Assembly (NCBI GenBank): GCA_964228455.1 | Contig: CAXQZM010000094.1 | Location: forward strand, 1 to 54,035 | Direction of reading: 5' to 3' | Source: Alphaproteobacteria bacterium | Lineage (GTDB): Bacteria; Pseudomonadota; Alphaproteobacteria; UBA7985 | DNA length: 54,035 nucleotides | In this document: positions 1 to 10,135 of the stretch, piece by piece | How the letters are laid out: the number at the start of each line of letters is the position of its first letter | Numbering within the stretch: the first letter of the stretch is position 1 | Notes under the pieces: model-generated | The model's database searches: none | What the model was told of the DNA's origin: nothing | The model's input: the letters and a program-made list of their open reading frames with translations, nothing else | Program-made: the position numbers and the translations under genes

Positions 1-777
1 ATGTCCCTTTGAGGTATTTGCAAATTTACTAGAGCCAAAAGCAATAGTAGTTCGACAAGCGACCATAGCTGGACGGAGCGAAGCTTTTGCTTGTGCTATC
101 GCGCGTGCAATATCCTCGGCGTCATGTCCATCGCACGTGAAGGTGTCCCAGCCTGCCGCTTCAAAGCGTTTTCGCTGATCATCTGAGGTAGATAGGTCCG
201 TACTGCCGTCAATTGTGATGCCATTGTCATCCCAAAGCGCGATTAGCTTATTTAACTTAAGGTGGCCTGCCAGCGTTATTGCTTCTTGGCTTACACCTTC
301 CATTAAGCAGCCATCTCCAACCATTACATAGGTGTTATGATTAACTAAATCACTTCCAAATTCTGCTTCTAATTGGGCTTCTGCGATTGCAAATCCTACA
401 GCATTTGCAATTCCTTGGCCTAGTGGCCCGGTCGTGGTCTCCACACCTGGTGTGTGACCGAATTCGGGGTGACCCGCTGTATTTGATCCGAGCTGACGAA
501 AATTTTTGAGCTGCTCCAGGCTTACTCCACTTACCCCGGTGAGGTTCAATAAGCTGTATATCAACATAGAGCCATGACCTGCAGAAAGGATAAACCTATC
601 TCGATCTGCCCAGTTAGTATCGGCCGCATTGAATCTCAGGAAATCGGTAAAGAGAACAGTAGCGACATCCGCAAACCCCATAGGCATCCCGGAGTGACCG
701 GAGTTTGCTGCAGCCACAGCATCAACGGCGAGCATTCGAATAGCGTTAGCCATGTCTTGATGATGGGTATGGGGCAT
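1..777 (-). CDS. tkt: Transketolase, N-terminal ~259 codons (3' part lies beyond the left window edge)
   Basis: Absent from the ORF track because it is open at the edge. My minus-strand translation from the ATG at 777..775 reads [43 protein letters not shown]...[17 protein letters not shown]...[19 protein letters not shown]...[13 protein letters not shown], the ThDP-binding N-terminal signature of transketolases. The frame runs exactly to position 1. The + strand ORF 574..816 is its antisense shadow. Confidence 0.9.
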   Translation of the reverse strand, partial: MPHTHHQDMANAIRMLAVDAVAAANSGHSGMPMGFADVATVLFTDFLRFNAADTNWADRDRFILSAGHGSMLIYSLLNLTGVSGVSLEQLKNFRQLGSNTAGHPEFGHTPGVETTTGPLGQGIANAVGFAIAEAQLEAEFGSDLVNHNTYVMVGDGCLMEGVSQEAITLAGHLKLNKLIALWDDNGITIDGSTDLSTSDDQRKRFEAAGWDTFTCDGHDAEDIARAIAQAKASLRPAMVACRTTIAFGSSKFANTSKGH

Positions 778-922
778 CGATTGTTCCTTTTCAGGCTAGG
801 TTCATTACGTTGTTAGGTGCTTTATTGCGAGCACAGTAGAGTTGCAACCGGGTGAGCGCACTAGTTCGCCTCTAACTGTCGCTCAACGGGCTTTTGGTCT
901 TGTTTAGAAAAGCTGATAGCTC

Positions 923-2401
923 TTAATCCCGCCAAAGACTTGGAAGGAAAAGTGCAATTACGGTCAGCAGCTCCAACCTTCCTAACAGCATACCGAGAGC
1001 CATAAGAGTTTTTGCGGCATCGTTTACATCGGCAAAGCTGCCAGCTGGGCCGACTGAAGAAAGACTTCCATCTTGCAATATCAAGCCACCAAGAGCCGGG
1101 CCCACATTTGCAACTGAGGTTGCCGCAGAAACCATCGCCCCGCTTAAATCAAAGCGCGGTTCCGCCACGCCTAGAAGAACCGCAAGAATGAACGTGGTGA
1201 ATACAAAAAGAACGAAGAAAGTAGTAACAGAGGCTACCACGGTTTCAGGCAATGAGCGGCTATTATAAGTTAGTTTAAAAACTCCGTTCGGCTGAAGCAT
1301 AGTTCGAAGCTGAATAAGAGCATGACCAAACAACACCTGGAACCGGAATACTTTTATGCCGCAGGTGGTTGATCCAGCGCAGCCACCAATGAACATGATC
1401 AAGAAAATTATCAAGGCAGCCGAAGCTCCCCAATTCTCATAGTTTGTTGTACTGTAGCCTGTTCCAGTTAAAATAGAGACAACATTGAAACTAGCATCAC
1501 GAACCGCTTGATTGAGTGGTAGCACATCTCGAGATATCAATGCCATTACCGTCATGGCGACGGCTCCTATAAGGAGTGCAAAAAAAATCCGAACTTGGCT
1601 ATCTTGAATTAGAACTAGGAAATCACCTGACTTTAGACGAAAAAATATAAGAAATGGGAGCGAACCGAGTATCATCAAGAACACCACGGCAGCCTCAATT
1701 TTCACAGAACTAAAGTATCCGATCGAGGCATCGTGGGTAGAGAAGCCGCCCGTTGCAATAGAGGTCATTGAATGCGCGACTGCATCAAATGGGCTCATAC
1801 CAGCAATCCACAGTATTATGAAGCCGCCAAAGGTAATTAGTCCATAGACGGCCATAACTGCCGCCGCAATTTCTCCAGCCCGAGGCAGCATTTTCTCAGA
1901 TTGATCAAAGGCTTCAGTGCGAAATAGCTGCATGCCGCCAACCTGCAGAGCCGGTAGTACCGATAATGCCATTACAACAATGCCAACGCCTCCCAACCAT
2001 TGCAACATGGCGCGCCACAATAAGATTCCAGGTTGGATTTGATCGAGACCAACAAGGGTGGTTGAGCCCGTCGTAGTGATTCCAGACATAGACTCAAAGA
2101 AGGAGGATGCTATGCTTAGGTTTAAAGGTGCAATGAAGAATGGTATTGTCCCGACAGATCCGATAGCAATCCAGATGAACACAGTTAATAGAAGTGCCTG
2201 TCGAAGATTTAGTGTGGGCACGCGCTCGGTGCTTGCTAACATAATTAGGGTGCCAGCAAATGCGGTTATGCCTGCACTTAGCAAGAACACCCACCAATCT
2301 TGGGAACCCATGAACAGATCAAACAAGAAAGGGATTAACATGGCCGCGGCAGTCGCATTGATTAGCGCGCCAAGGACAAACAAGTGCAACCTAAGGTCCA
2401 T
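923..2401 (-). CDS. trkH: Trk-type K+ uptake transporter membrane subunit TrkH
   Basis: Track ORF 923..2437 starts at a TTG; the first ATG at 2401 gives MDLRLHLFVLGALI. It is a polytopic membrane protein with four selectivity-filter-like loops (SGITTTGST, IATGGFST, LTGTGYST, GGCAGSTTCG), as in the TrkH/KtrB family. Confidence 0.9.
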   Translation of the reverse strand: MDLRLHLFVLGALINATAAAMLIPFLFDLFMGSQDWWVFLLSAGITAFAGTLIMLASTERVPTLNLRQALLLTVFIWIAIGSVGTIPFFIAPLNLSIASSFFESMSGITTTGSTTLVGLDQIQPGILLWRAMLQWLGGVGIVVMALSVLPALQVGGMQLFRTEAFDQSEKMLPRAGEIAAAVMAVYGLITFGGFIILWIAGMSPFDAVAHSMTSIATGGFSTHDASIGYFSSVKIEAAVVFLMILGSLPFLIFFRLKSGDFLVLIQDSQVRIFFALLIGAVAMTVMALISRDVLPLNQAVRDASFNVVSILTGTGYSTTNYENWGASAALIIFLIMFIGGCAGSTTCGIKVFRFQVLFGHALIQLRTMLQPNGVFKLTYNSRSLPETVVASVTTFFVLFVFTTFILAVLLGVAEPRFDLSGAMVSAATSVANVGPALGGLILQDGSLSSVGPAGSFADVNDAAKTLMALGMLLGRLELLTVIALFLPSLWRD

Positions 2402-2493
2402 ATTACGCGCTTTAGAGGTTAAGGCGGAACGGAGCAACAGCCTGGATGGATCTCTTCGAGTTGTTTGTAGCTAGTGGGAGGAATGTTTCATTT

Positions 2494-4500
2494 TTAATGA
2501 TACCAATCATATACTAATTGAGCAGATGTATTGCTGAGTCCCGGTGCCTTGCGAAGGTCTTCAATTGAAGCCTGAGCGACCGATTTAGCTGAACCAAAAT
2601 GTAGTAACAGAGCTTTTTTTCTTTTCGTTCCTATACCTGGTATTAGGTCAAGATCAGACTTGATCATGTTTTTGGATCTACGAACTCTATGAGTGGCTAT
2701 AGCAAAACGATGAACTTCGTCACGTAATCTCTGTATGAAGAACAGAACCGGATCTCTTGGAGGGAGCATTATTTGTCGCTCTTCTAAGGGTCCTCCGCAG
2801 TAAAGGGTTTCACGGCCAGCATCTCTCTCGGGACCTTTGGCGACAGCAACTAACGGTATATCCCTGATTCCAAGTTGCTCTAGAGCCCCTTCCGCAGCAC
2901 TTAACTGGCCTTTTCCCCCATCAATAATCACAAGCTCTGGCCATTGTCCTTTTCTGCGATTCGGGTCCTCTTTTAGAGCACGCGAAAAGCGGCGCATAAA
3001 AACCTCCCTCACCATACCAAAGTCATCAGCGAAGTTAGTTTGATCCTTAATATTAAATTTTCGATAGGCATTTTTTATGAAGCCGTCTCGGCCAGCTACA
3101 ACCATGGCCCCAATGCTACCTGTTCCTTGGGTGTGGGAATTATCGTATACTTCTATCCGGTTCGGAAAGTACTCTAACCTCAGTATATCTTGGAGGCTAT
3201 TTAGCAATTTTAACTGAGTGGCAGATTCTGCTTGTTTGCGCTCCAGCGCTTCGTTTGCATTAATTAACGCTGCTTCGACTAAGTTGTATTTTCTGCCGCG
3301 TTTAGGATTAGTGATTGTAATTTTTTGAGATGCTTTTTGGCTTAGCGCTTGTTCGACTAAATCTTGGTCTACTATGGGTGAAGATAAAAGAATTAAAGGA
3401 GGAGGGGTTTTGTCATCGTAAAATTGGCCTAGAAAACTTGTCAGAATCGTTGCAGAATCTTCTTGTTTGTCATGTCGCGGAAAGTATGCGCGGTTCCCGT
3501 AGTTGCGACCTGCTCTGTAAAAGAAGACTTGAACACAGGCAGGCCCTTCTAGATTAGAAATTGCGATCACATCTGCATCTTGCAGTATGCCCTGGACGTT
3601 GACATCCTGTGCCATTTGGATCGAAGATAGAGCTCTCAAACGATCTCTGAGTCGTGCTGCTTGTTCAAAATCTAATTCCTCAGACGCCTTTGCCATCTTG
3701 TATGACAGTTTATCAGCTACTTTTCTGCTATTGCCAGCGAGAAAATTTTGGGCCTCTTTTACTAGTACGTTGTAATCAGACTTGGATATTTTACCTACGC
3801 ATGGCGCGGAACAGCGTTTAATCTGATACTTAAGGCATGGGCGGGTACGACCAGAAAATGTATGGTCCGAGCATGTTCGAAGTAAAAAGGCTTTTTCCAA
3901 AGCATCAATTGTTCGGTTAACTAACCCGGCACTTGCAAACGGACCGAAGTAATTACCTAGTTGGCGATGCGCTCCACGATGCTTTTTGAGATGCGCGAAA
4001 TGGTGATCCGACGTTAACAGTATGTAGGGGAACGATTTATCGTCTCGCAGTAAAATATTGTAGCGGGGAGCATACCTCTTGATTAGGTTAGACTCCAAAA
4101 GGAGAGCCTCAACATCAGTCTTAGTTGTGATTACTTCTAATTCCCAGGTTTCCGAGATCATACGAATGAGCCTTGTCGGCAAACGAGAGAGTTGTGTGTA
4201 GGACGCAACCCGTCGAGCGAGGTTTTTTGCTTTACCAACATACAGGGGCTTACCTGCTACATCTAACATCCTGTATACACCCGGACGGGATTTTAGTCCT
4301 TTGATACGGTCCTGAAGTATTTTTAGCCCTCTCTCGAGGGATTGGGGGAGATCTTCATTGGAGCTAGTCTTTTTCCCCTCCCACTGAAGTCCAGCTTGAG
4401 GTTCAGTTTGGTTGCTATCTATGTTTGCTTTGTAGTCGGTCAGCGCCGCGCGCTTTCCTCCCATAGAGGAATCGGTTTCTTGAAAGCCCTTGCGTGCCAT
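2494..4500 (-). CDS. uvrC: Excinuclease ABC subunit C
   Basis: 668 aa. It has a GIY-YIG N-terminus (GVYRMLDVAGKPLYVGKAKNLARRVASY), a UVR motif (FEQAARLRDRLRAL), a central endonuclease domain and a C-terminal helix-hairpin-helix (IPGIGTKRKKALLLHFGS). Confidence 0.95.
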   Translation of the reverse strand: MARKGFQETDSSMGGKRAALTDYKANIDSNQTEPQAGLQWEGKKTSSNEDLPQSLERGLKILQDRIKGLKSRPGVYRMLDVAGKPLYVGKAKNLARRVASYTQLSRLPTRLIRMISETWELEVITTKTDVEALLLESNLIKRYAPRYNILLRDDKSFPYILLTSDHHFAHLKKHRGAHRQLGNYFGPFASAGLVNRTIDALEKAFLLRTCSDHTFSGRTRPCLKYQIKRCSAPCVGKISKSDYNVLVKEAQNFLAGNSRKVADKLSYKMAKASEELDFEQAARLRDRLRALSSIQMAQDVNVQGILQDADVIAISNLEGPACVQVFFYRAGRNYGNRAYFPRHDKQEDSATILTSFLGQFYDDKTPPPLILLSSPIVDQDLVEQALSQKASQKITITNPKRGRKYNLVEAALINANEALERKQAESATQLKLLNSLQDILRLEYFPNRIEVYDNSHTQGTGSIGAMVVAGRDGFIKNAYRKFNIKDQTNFADDFGMVREVFMRRFSRALKEDPNRRKGQWPELVIIDGGKGQLSAAEGALEQLGIRDIPLVAVAKGPERDAGRETLYCGGPLEERQIMLPPRDPVLFFIQRLRDEVHRFAIATHRVRRSKNMIKSDLDLIPGIGTKRKKALLLHFGSAKSVAQASIEDLRKAPGLSNTSAQLVYDWYH

Positions 4501-4601
4501 GCAACTAACTTAGAGTGTCCAGCACAGAAAAGAATAGTTTCTTTTATTTTGCTGCTATCGTTTGAATAGCGGGGACTTTCTATATGCGGCCTGCCAGTTT
4601 T

Positions 4602-4961
4602 TTAATCGCGATCTTTTTTTAAACGCACGCCAACACTTTCAGTTTGGGCAAACATGTCAGGTTTATCAATTGTTAGGTCGACAGAGTGAACACGGTTATC
4701 TTCCATGCAGAATAAAGCAATATCCTCTGCAAGAGTTTCTAGAAGGTCTCTATGATGATCGAGCGCCAGCGCTTCAACCCCTTTAAGTACATCCTCATAT
4801 GACACAACTTTTTTGATCTCATCACCATGCTTGGGTAAATTCACGACAAGCTCGAGGTTTAGACGGAGTCTAGATGATGAGACTTTCTCAAAGTCATAAA
4901 CGCCAATTAAAGCCTGGAACTCCAGTTGCTTTATGAAAATAGTACGACGGGAAATACTCAT
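4602..4961 (-). CDS. folB: Dihydroneopterin aldolase (FolB family)
   Basis: 119 aa. The N-terminus IFIKQLEFQALIGVYDFEK...LNLEL and the overall size are typical of FolB. Its ATG (4961..4959) overlaps the pheT TGA (4960..4958) as ATGA. Confidence 0.75.
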   Translation of the reverse strand: MSISRRTIFIKQLEFQALIGVYDFEKVSSSRLRLNLELVVNLPKHGDEIKKVVSYEDVLKGVEALALDHHRDLLETLAEDIALFCMEDNRVHSVDLTIDKPDMFAQTESVGVRLKKDRD

Positions 4962-7435
4962 CCTCTCAGCTCTCCGCCAGTTGCTTTCAAAGCCTGAGCT
5001 ATTACGCGGTTGCTTATGGCTTCGAGATCATCATCGGTAAAAGCTTGCGCGGTTGGTTGAAGATAAACCGTCAGTGCTAGAGATTTTTTCCCTTTAGGTA
5101 TGCCTTTGCCGTTGTACACATCAAAAAGGACTACGTCTGCGATAATCGATTTGTCTGCTCCCTTGACTGCACGAATGAGTTTTTCGGACTCAACGGTATC
5201 ATCTACTAAAAAAGCATAGTCTCTCTCTACTAGTTGGAGTGAGGCAGGCTGATAGAGTCTTTTTGCATGTCCGCGTTTCTTTTTTGATAAAGGCACTCGA
5301 TCTAAAAACAGCTCAAAAGCTACGGCAGGCCCTTTAACATCAAGCTCATCAAGTATTGCGGGATGGAGCTCTCCGAAGAAGGCAATTATATTTTTCCCTA
5401 GTCCAAGCGAACCACTGCGCCCTGGATGATAGTATGTTGGGATCTCCTTTGTGCTTGTCTGCAAATTTGCTGTGGGCGCTTCAAACGCACCAAGCGCTGC
5501 TATTGCGTCTGCTTTGGCATCAAAAACATCAACCTCTCGGCCGGTCTTGCCTGCACTGTCACCAGTCCATGATTTCAATCCAAACTGTCCAGTGCGCAAA
5601 CCGGCTGAGGACAAGAGCTGTTCTTGCTCACCAACGCCCTCAAATCTAAGCCCAACCTCAAACAATTTCACATTGTTGTAACCACGGTTTTGATTTTTTT
5701 CTGCTGCGGTCAATAAATTACATAGTAGCGATGGACGCATTACGTCGAGTTCAGAGCTGATTGGATTCGCCAAATAAAGCTCTTCTTTTGGAAGCACTTT
5801 TGCATCTTGGCTCAATACAAAATGTTTAGCAGTCTTTGAGTTAGTAAACGACCAAAGGTAAGCTTCATTAAGCCCCTGAGCTGCTAGGGCTCTCCGCAAA
5901 CTGGCAGTTTTTGCTTGGAGTTCAGAGATTGACTGCGTTGGCAAGGCACTATCCCTCGCCAATGAGATGGAAGGAATCGCATCAAAGCCGATGATTCTAA
6001 GTATTTCCTCGGTTAGGTCTTCAACTCGCTCTATATCGGACCGCCAAGTTGGCGCTTCCACTTGCATTGGGTCGGTTCCAGTAACCTTGAAACCTAGCTT
6101 TTTAAGGATGCTCGCTTGCTGGTCGGCGGGCACCTTAAGACCACTCCGCTTAATCACGAAGTTCGAGGGCAACTCAAATGATTTTAGCGGTGTAGGTATT
6201 TTGCCAGTCACAACCAATTCTGAGGGCTCCCCGCCGCAAAAATCTACAATTAACTGTGTCGCAATGTCTATATCACTTAACAGTGCAGCTGGATCTGTTC
6301 CGCGTTCGAACCGATAGCGAGCGTCTGAGTTTATGGCTAGTACGCGTCCAGTTCGAGCTATGTCTGAAGAATCCCACAATGCGGCTTCAAGGAGGATATC
6401 TGTGGTGCTATCTTGCACCGAGCTGCCGATACCCCCCATAATTCCTGCAATGGAGACGGGGCCGACGGAGTCAGAGATAATTGTCATATGATCGGAGAAT
6501 TCGTACTTCTTCTCATTAAGGGCTTCGCATACCTCCCCTTGAAGTGCTTTGCGCACAGTTAGTTTATCACCTTGTAACTTCTGTAGATCAAAAACGTGAG
6601 TAGGCCTGCATAGGTCTAAATTAACTAGATTAGTTACATCAACCAAAGCAGATATTGGCCTTTGCCCGATAGCGCTTAAGCGATCTTGTAGCCACTGAGG
6701 ACTTGGACCGTTTTTGACATTTTTGATGACCCGATATGCAAATACTGGGCAATCTTTAGTTTGTAATTCCACGTTTATTCGTGGATTTCCACGACCGCCT
6801 GTGAAGCCTAGCCGATTAGCTTTTAGGGAGCCTAAACCAGCTGCAGCTAGGTCACGCGCGATGCCTCGGACCCCTGCTGCATCGCCTCTATTTGGTGTGA
6901 GTCCAATTTCAAAAACCCAGTCTTCAACATCTTTATACTCAGGTAACAGGTTGCAATAATCTGCATAACGTTCGCCAACAGGGGCGTCATTAGGCAGCTC
7001 AATAATCCCATCATGCTCTTCAGATATGAGTAATTCACGCTCCGAGGTAAGCATACCATTGGATGGCTCCCCTCGTATCATACCCTTGGTCAGCACCAAG
7101 TTATTACCATCCTCAAGCGTGATTCCGGGAATCACTGTCCCAACCGGTGCAAAAACACCTTTTATGCCTGATTTGGCGTTCGGGGCGCCACAGACTACAT
7201 CAATTTCCTCGTTGGTACCGATGCTTACTTTGCAGATTTTTAGCTTATCAGCATTTGGGTGAGGCTCCGCACTTATGACTTCAGCGACCAAGAATGGCTC
7301 GAACTTATGTCTTGGATTGGGAGCAAGATTAAGTGCCTCTAACTCTAATCCAATCGAAGTGAGTTTCTCGCCGATCGCGTTAGCATCAGCCTCTGTGTCG
7401 AGATGGTCTTTTAGCCAAGAAAGCGTAAATTTCAT
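4958..7435 (-). CDS. pheT: Phenylalanine--tRNA ligase beta subunit
   Basis: 825 aa. It opens with MKFTLSWLKDHL, followed by an OB/tRNA-binding domain (NADKLKICKVSIG), B3/4 and B5 domains, and a C-terminal FDX-ACB-like domain (ERDYAFLVD...VLFDVY). Confidence 0.95.
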   Translation of the reverse strand: MKFTLSWLKDHLDTEADANAIGEKLTSIGLELEALNLAPNPRHKFEPFLVAEVISAEPHPNADKLKICKVSIGTNEEIDVVCGAPNAKSGIKGVFAPVGTVIPGITLEDGNNLVLTKGMIRGEPSNGMLTSERELLISEEHDGIIELPNDAPVGERYADYCNLLPEYKDVEDWVFEIGLTPNRGDAAGVRGIARDLAAAGLGSLKANRLGFTGGRGNPRINVELQTKDCPVFAYRVIKNVKNGPSPQWLQDRLSAIGQRPISALVDVTNLVNLDLCRPTHVFDLQKLQGDKLTVRKALQGEVCEALNEKKYEFSDHMTIISDSVGPVSIAGIMGGIGSSVQDSTTDILLEAALWDSSDIARTGRVLAINSDARYRFERGTDPAALLSDIDIATQLIVDFCGGEPSELVVTGKIPTPLKSFELPSNFVIKRSGLKVPADQQASILKKLGFKVTGTDPMQVEAPTWRSDIERVEDLTEEILRIIGFDAIPSISLARDSALPTQSISELQAKTASLRRALAAQGLNEAYLWSFTNSKTAKHFVLSQDAKVLPKEELYLANPISSELDVMRPSLLCNLLTAAEKNQNRGYNNVKLFEVGLRFEGVGEQEQLLSSAGLRTGQFGLKSWTGDSAGKTGREVDVFDAKADAIAALGAFEAPTANLQTSTKEIPTYYHPGRSGSLGLGKNIIAFFGELHPAILDELDVKGPAVAFELFLDRVPLSKKKRGHAKRLYQPASLQLVERDYAFLVDDTVESEKLIRAVKGADKSIIADVVLFDVYNGKGIPKGKKSLALTVYLQPTAQAFTDDDLEAISNRVIAQALKATGGELRG

Positions 7436-7559
7436 GTCCCGCGCGCTAGCAAAGCATTTATAATAAGGCGAGGTGATTTTGGGGTTTTGGCCGTAAGAAC
7501 GATGATTTTATGCTTTTTATGTCGGGATATAATGGTTTGTTTAACTTAAACGGATAGCT

Positions 7560-8657
7560 CTAAACGTTAAAACGAAAATGAAAAATGTCTCCATCTTTTA
7601 CGACGTAGTCCTTTCCTTCAATACGCTGTTTTCCAGCATCCTTGGCACCAGCTTCGCCCTTAAATTCTAGGAAGTCGCTATAGGTAATCGTTTCTGCCCT
7701 GATGAAGCCACGCTCAAAGTCTGTGTGGATTACACCTGCTGCGTTAGGAGCGGTAGCACCGTTATGTACGGTCCAGGCGCGGGTTTCTTTTGGACCTGCC
7801 GTGAAAAAAGTTGTAAGATCAAGCAGTGAGTATCCCGCACGAATCAATCGGTTCAACCCAGCTTCTTTAAGGCCTAAATCAGCTAAAAACACCTGCTGGT
7901 CTTCCTCGTCCATCTGGGCAATTTCTTCCTCGATAGATGCGGATATCCTAATTGTTTTTGATCCTTGCGCTGCTGCCATATTATCTATCGAGTCCGAGAA
8001 AGCATTCCCACTCACCACCTCGCTCTCTCCTACATTGCACACATATAGAAGTGGCTTTGCTGTAATCAGAGCTTGATGCTTCAAGATGGCTCGTTGTTCG
8101 CGACTAAAGTCGACTGATCGAACCGGTAATCCATTCTGGAGAGCCTCTAAGCACGGTGCCAAGGTATCCATTAAAACCATCGCATCTTTATCTTTTACAG
8201 CGACCTTCTTCCCAAGTGATTTCACTCTTTTTTCAAGAGAGGCAAGATCGGCAAGCATTAACTCTGTATTTATAATCTCTGCATCGCGAATTGGGTCAAT
8301 GTTGTCTTCTACGTGTTTAATATTTTCATCTTCGAAGCACCGAACTACTTGTAAAATCGCATCAGTTTCTCGAATGTTGGCAAGAAACTGGTTACCAAGG
8401 CCTTCACCTTGAGCTGCGCCTTTCACCAGGCCTGCGATGTCGACGATCTCTAGTTGTGTGGCAACTACCTTCACTGATTTTGCTAAGGTTGCAATATTGG
8501 CCAGTCGTGGGTCAGGAACCGCAACCTTGCCTGTGTTAGGTTCGATGGTGCAGAAAGGGTAGTTTGCGGCTTGAGCAGTTTGGGTCTGTGTAAGTGCGTT
8601 AAACAGGGTTGATTTGCCAACGTTAGGCAAACCAACAATTCCACAATTAAATCCCAT
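7560..8657 (-). CDS. ychF: Ribosome-binding ATPase YchF
   Basis: 365 aa. It has the P-loop GLPNVGKSTLFNALT, the coiled-coil insert and the C-terminal YchF domain (RAWTVHNGATAPNAAGVIHTDFERGFIRAE). Confidence 0.95.
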   Translation of the reverse strand: MGFNCGIVGLPNVGKSTLFNALTQTQTAQAANYPFCTIEPNTGKVAVPDPRLANIATLAKSVKVVATQLEIVDIAGLVKGAAQGEGLGNQFLANIRETDAILQVVRCFEDENIKHVEDNIDPIRDAEIINTELMLADLASLEKRVKSLGKKVAVKDKDAMVLMDTLAPCLEALQNGLPVRSVDFSREQRAILKHQALITAKPLLYVCNVGESEVVSGNAFSDSIDNMAAAQGSKTIRISASIEEEIAQMDEEDQQVFLADLGLKEAGLNRLIRAGYSLLDLTTFFTAGPKETRAWTVHNGATAPNAAGVIHTDFERGFIRAETITYSDFLEFKGEAGAKDAGKQRIEGKDYVVKDGDIFHFRFNV

Positions 8658-8687
8658 GAATAGCTTCCTTATTTATGAAACAGTGCA

Positions 8688-9362
8688 CTAACCTTTTTGA
8701 TCAATTTTCCAAGCTAAAGTAAGTCCATCTAGTTGCGCATTTGTAAAAAATTGGCGGCGCAACATAATTAGTGTCAGTGTAAGGAGCGCGCCAAGCATTG
8801 CCCACAGGCTCACGAGCCAAAGAATTAGCGGAATTGCAAATAGGAAAAGTCTTATGGCTCTGTTGAAGTGCTGGCCTGCAACAACATTGAGTGCAGCCGC
8901 TTTTTTAGCAGAAGCATTTGTGCTCTCCTCACTTACAAGCCCTAGCGCTCCGAGGGCTATCGCATTATAACTGAATAATCGAAATGCCCATGAAAACTCG
9001 AAGAACGCGAGGGCATACGCCGACATTAGAAGAAGCGCCTTTAGTGCAAGTCCTTCATCACTAAACACTGCTAGTGCACCTAAACCATCGGCGGCAGTCA
9101 AGACTGTAAATCCAGCTCCAATACCCAGTAGAGAAGCAGATCCAAAGTAGGCAGCTCCATTCTGCTGCATTATCATTATTTGACCATCAGGCATGCGCAG
9201 TTCCCTATTCGCTGCTGCGATGAACCATGCTCGCCGTGTGGTGGCCATGGCTCTGGAGAGAGTATAGCGTGCCCAGGGAGAGGTTTCTACAAGCCAAGAA
9301 TATCCAATAATTATGAAGATGTAGATCCCAAAAGCAATCCAGTCTGACATTGGTAAGATCAT
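8688..9362 (-). CDS. Integral membrane protein, DUF599-like
   Basis: 224 aa with about 4-5 hydrophobic segments. The N-terminal pattern ...TRRAWFIAAANRELRMPDGQIMIMQQNGAAYFGSAS resembles bacterial DUF599 proteins as I remember them; the family call is tentative. The start abuts the pth stop, sharing nt 9362. Confidence 0.55.
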   Translation of the reverse strand: MILPMSDWIAFGIYIFIIIGYSWLVETSPWARYTLSRAMATTRRAWFIAAANRELRMPDGQIMIMQQNGAAYFGSASLLGIGAGFTVLTAADGLGALAVFSDEGLALKALLLMSAYALAFFEFSWAFRLFSYNAIALGALGLVSEESTNASAKKAAALNVVAGQHFNRAIRLFLFAIPLILWLVSLWAMLGALLTLTLIMLRRQFFTNAQLDGLTLAWKIDQKG

Positions 9363-10072
9363 TACGGTCCTCTTTTTGTAAGAGATTTTATCTTCTGGAA
9401 AGCCAACCCCAGAGCATTAGATGATTGAAAAGATTTGTTATTTGGATGAGGTTTTGATGCACTAATGTCCTCTGTTGGAACTTTTCTGGTAGCAGGCACT
9501 AACACTTGTGCAACGCGGCTTGCGTACCCTTGATCATCGCCGTCTAGAAGTCTGCCTAACTCTATGCTTAAACTTGGTAGTAGCTTGGAAATCCACGTGT
9601 CATCGTCCTTAGAAAAATCATGAAGGACATACTTGGCAACCTGGTCTTTATGGCCAGGATGCCCAACCCCGATACGTACGCGTCGAAAGTTCTTGTCTTT
9701 CCATTGAGTTTCAATCGAACGAATACCGTTATGTCCGCCGTTTCCGCCTCCTACTTTCACTCGTAATTTCGATGGTGCAAGATCTATTTCATCATAGAAA
9801 ACTGTCATGTCAGATGCATGTAATTTAAAAAAAGATAGCGCCTGACGAACACTGTCGCCTGATTTATTCATGTACGTTTGAGGCTTGAGTAAGAGTACTT
9901 TGTGACTTCCTATTTGTCCCTGCGAGACCAACCCACTGAAGTCTTTTCTCCAGGGTGTAAATCCAATATTTTGGGTTCTAATTTCGTCAAGTGCAATGAA
10001 ACCAATGTTATGACGATTGCGCTCATGTTTTTTGCCGGGGTTACCGAGGCCAACGATTAAGTGCGTTTTCAT
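9362..10072 (-). CDS. pth: Peptidyl-tRNA hydrolase
   Basis: 236 aa. It begins MKTHLIVGLGNPGKKHERNRHNIGF, contains GHNGIRSI, and carries a long C-terminal tail. Confidence 0.93.
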   Translation of the reverse strand: MKTHLIVGLGNPGKKHERNRHNIGFIALDEIRTQNIGFTPWRKDFSGLVSQGQIGSHKVLLLKPQTYMNKSGDSVRQALSFFKLHASDMTVFYDEIDLAPSKLRVKVGGGNGGHNGIRSIETQWKDKNFRRVRIGVGHPGHKDQVAKYVLHDFSKDDDTWISKLLPSLSIELGRLLDGDDQGYASRVAQVLVPATRKVPTEDISASKPHPNNKSFQSSNALGLAFQKIKSLTKRGP

Positions 10073-10086
10073 TTTATGACTTTAAC

Positions 10087-10115
10087 AAAAAAAGGAAGCC
10101 TCGGCTTCCTTTTTC
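10087..10115 (-). terminator. Rho-independent terminator/attenuator between rplY and pth
   Basis: The minus strand reads GAAAAAGGAAGC-cgag-GCTTCCTTTTTTTTGTT. That is a 6-bp GC-rich stem extendable by A:U pairs, a 4-nt loop and an 8-T run. It lies about 20 nt downstream of the rplY stop. Confidence 0.7.
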
Positions 10116-10135
10116 TATACCAGAATTAGGATCAG

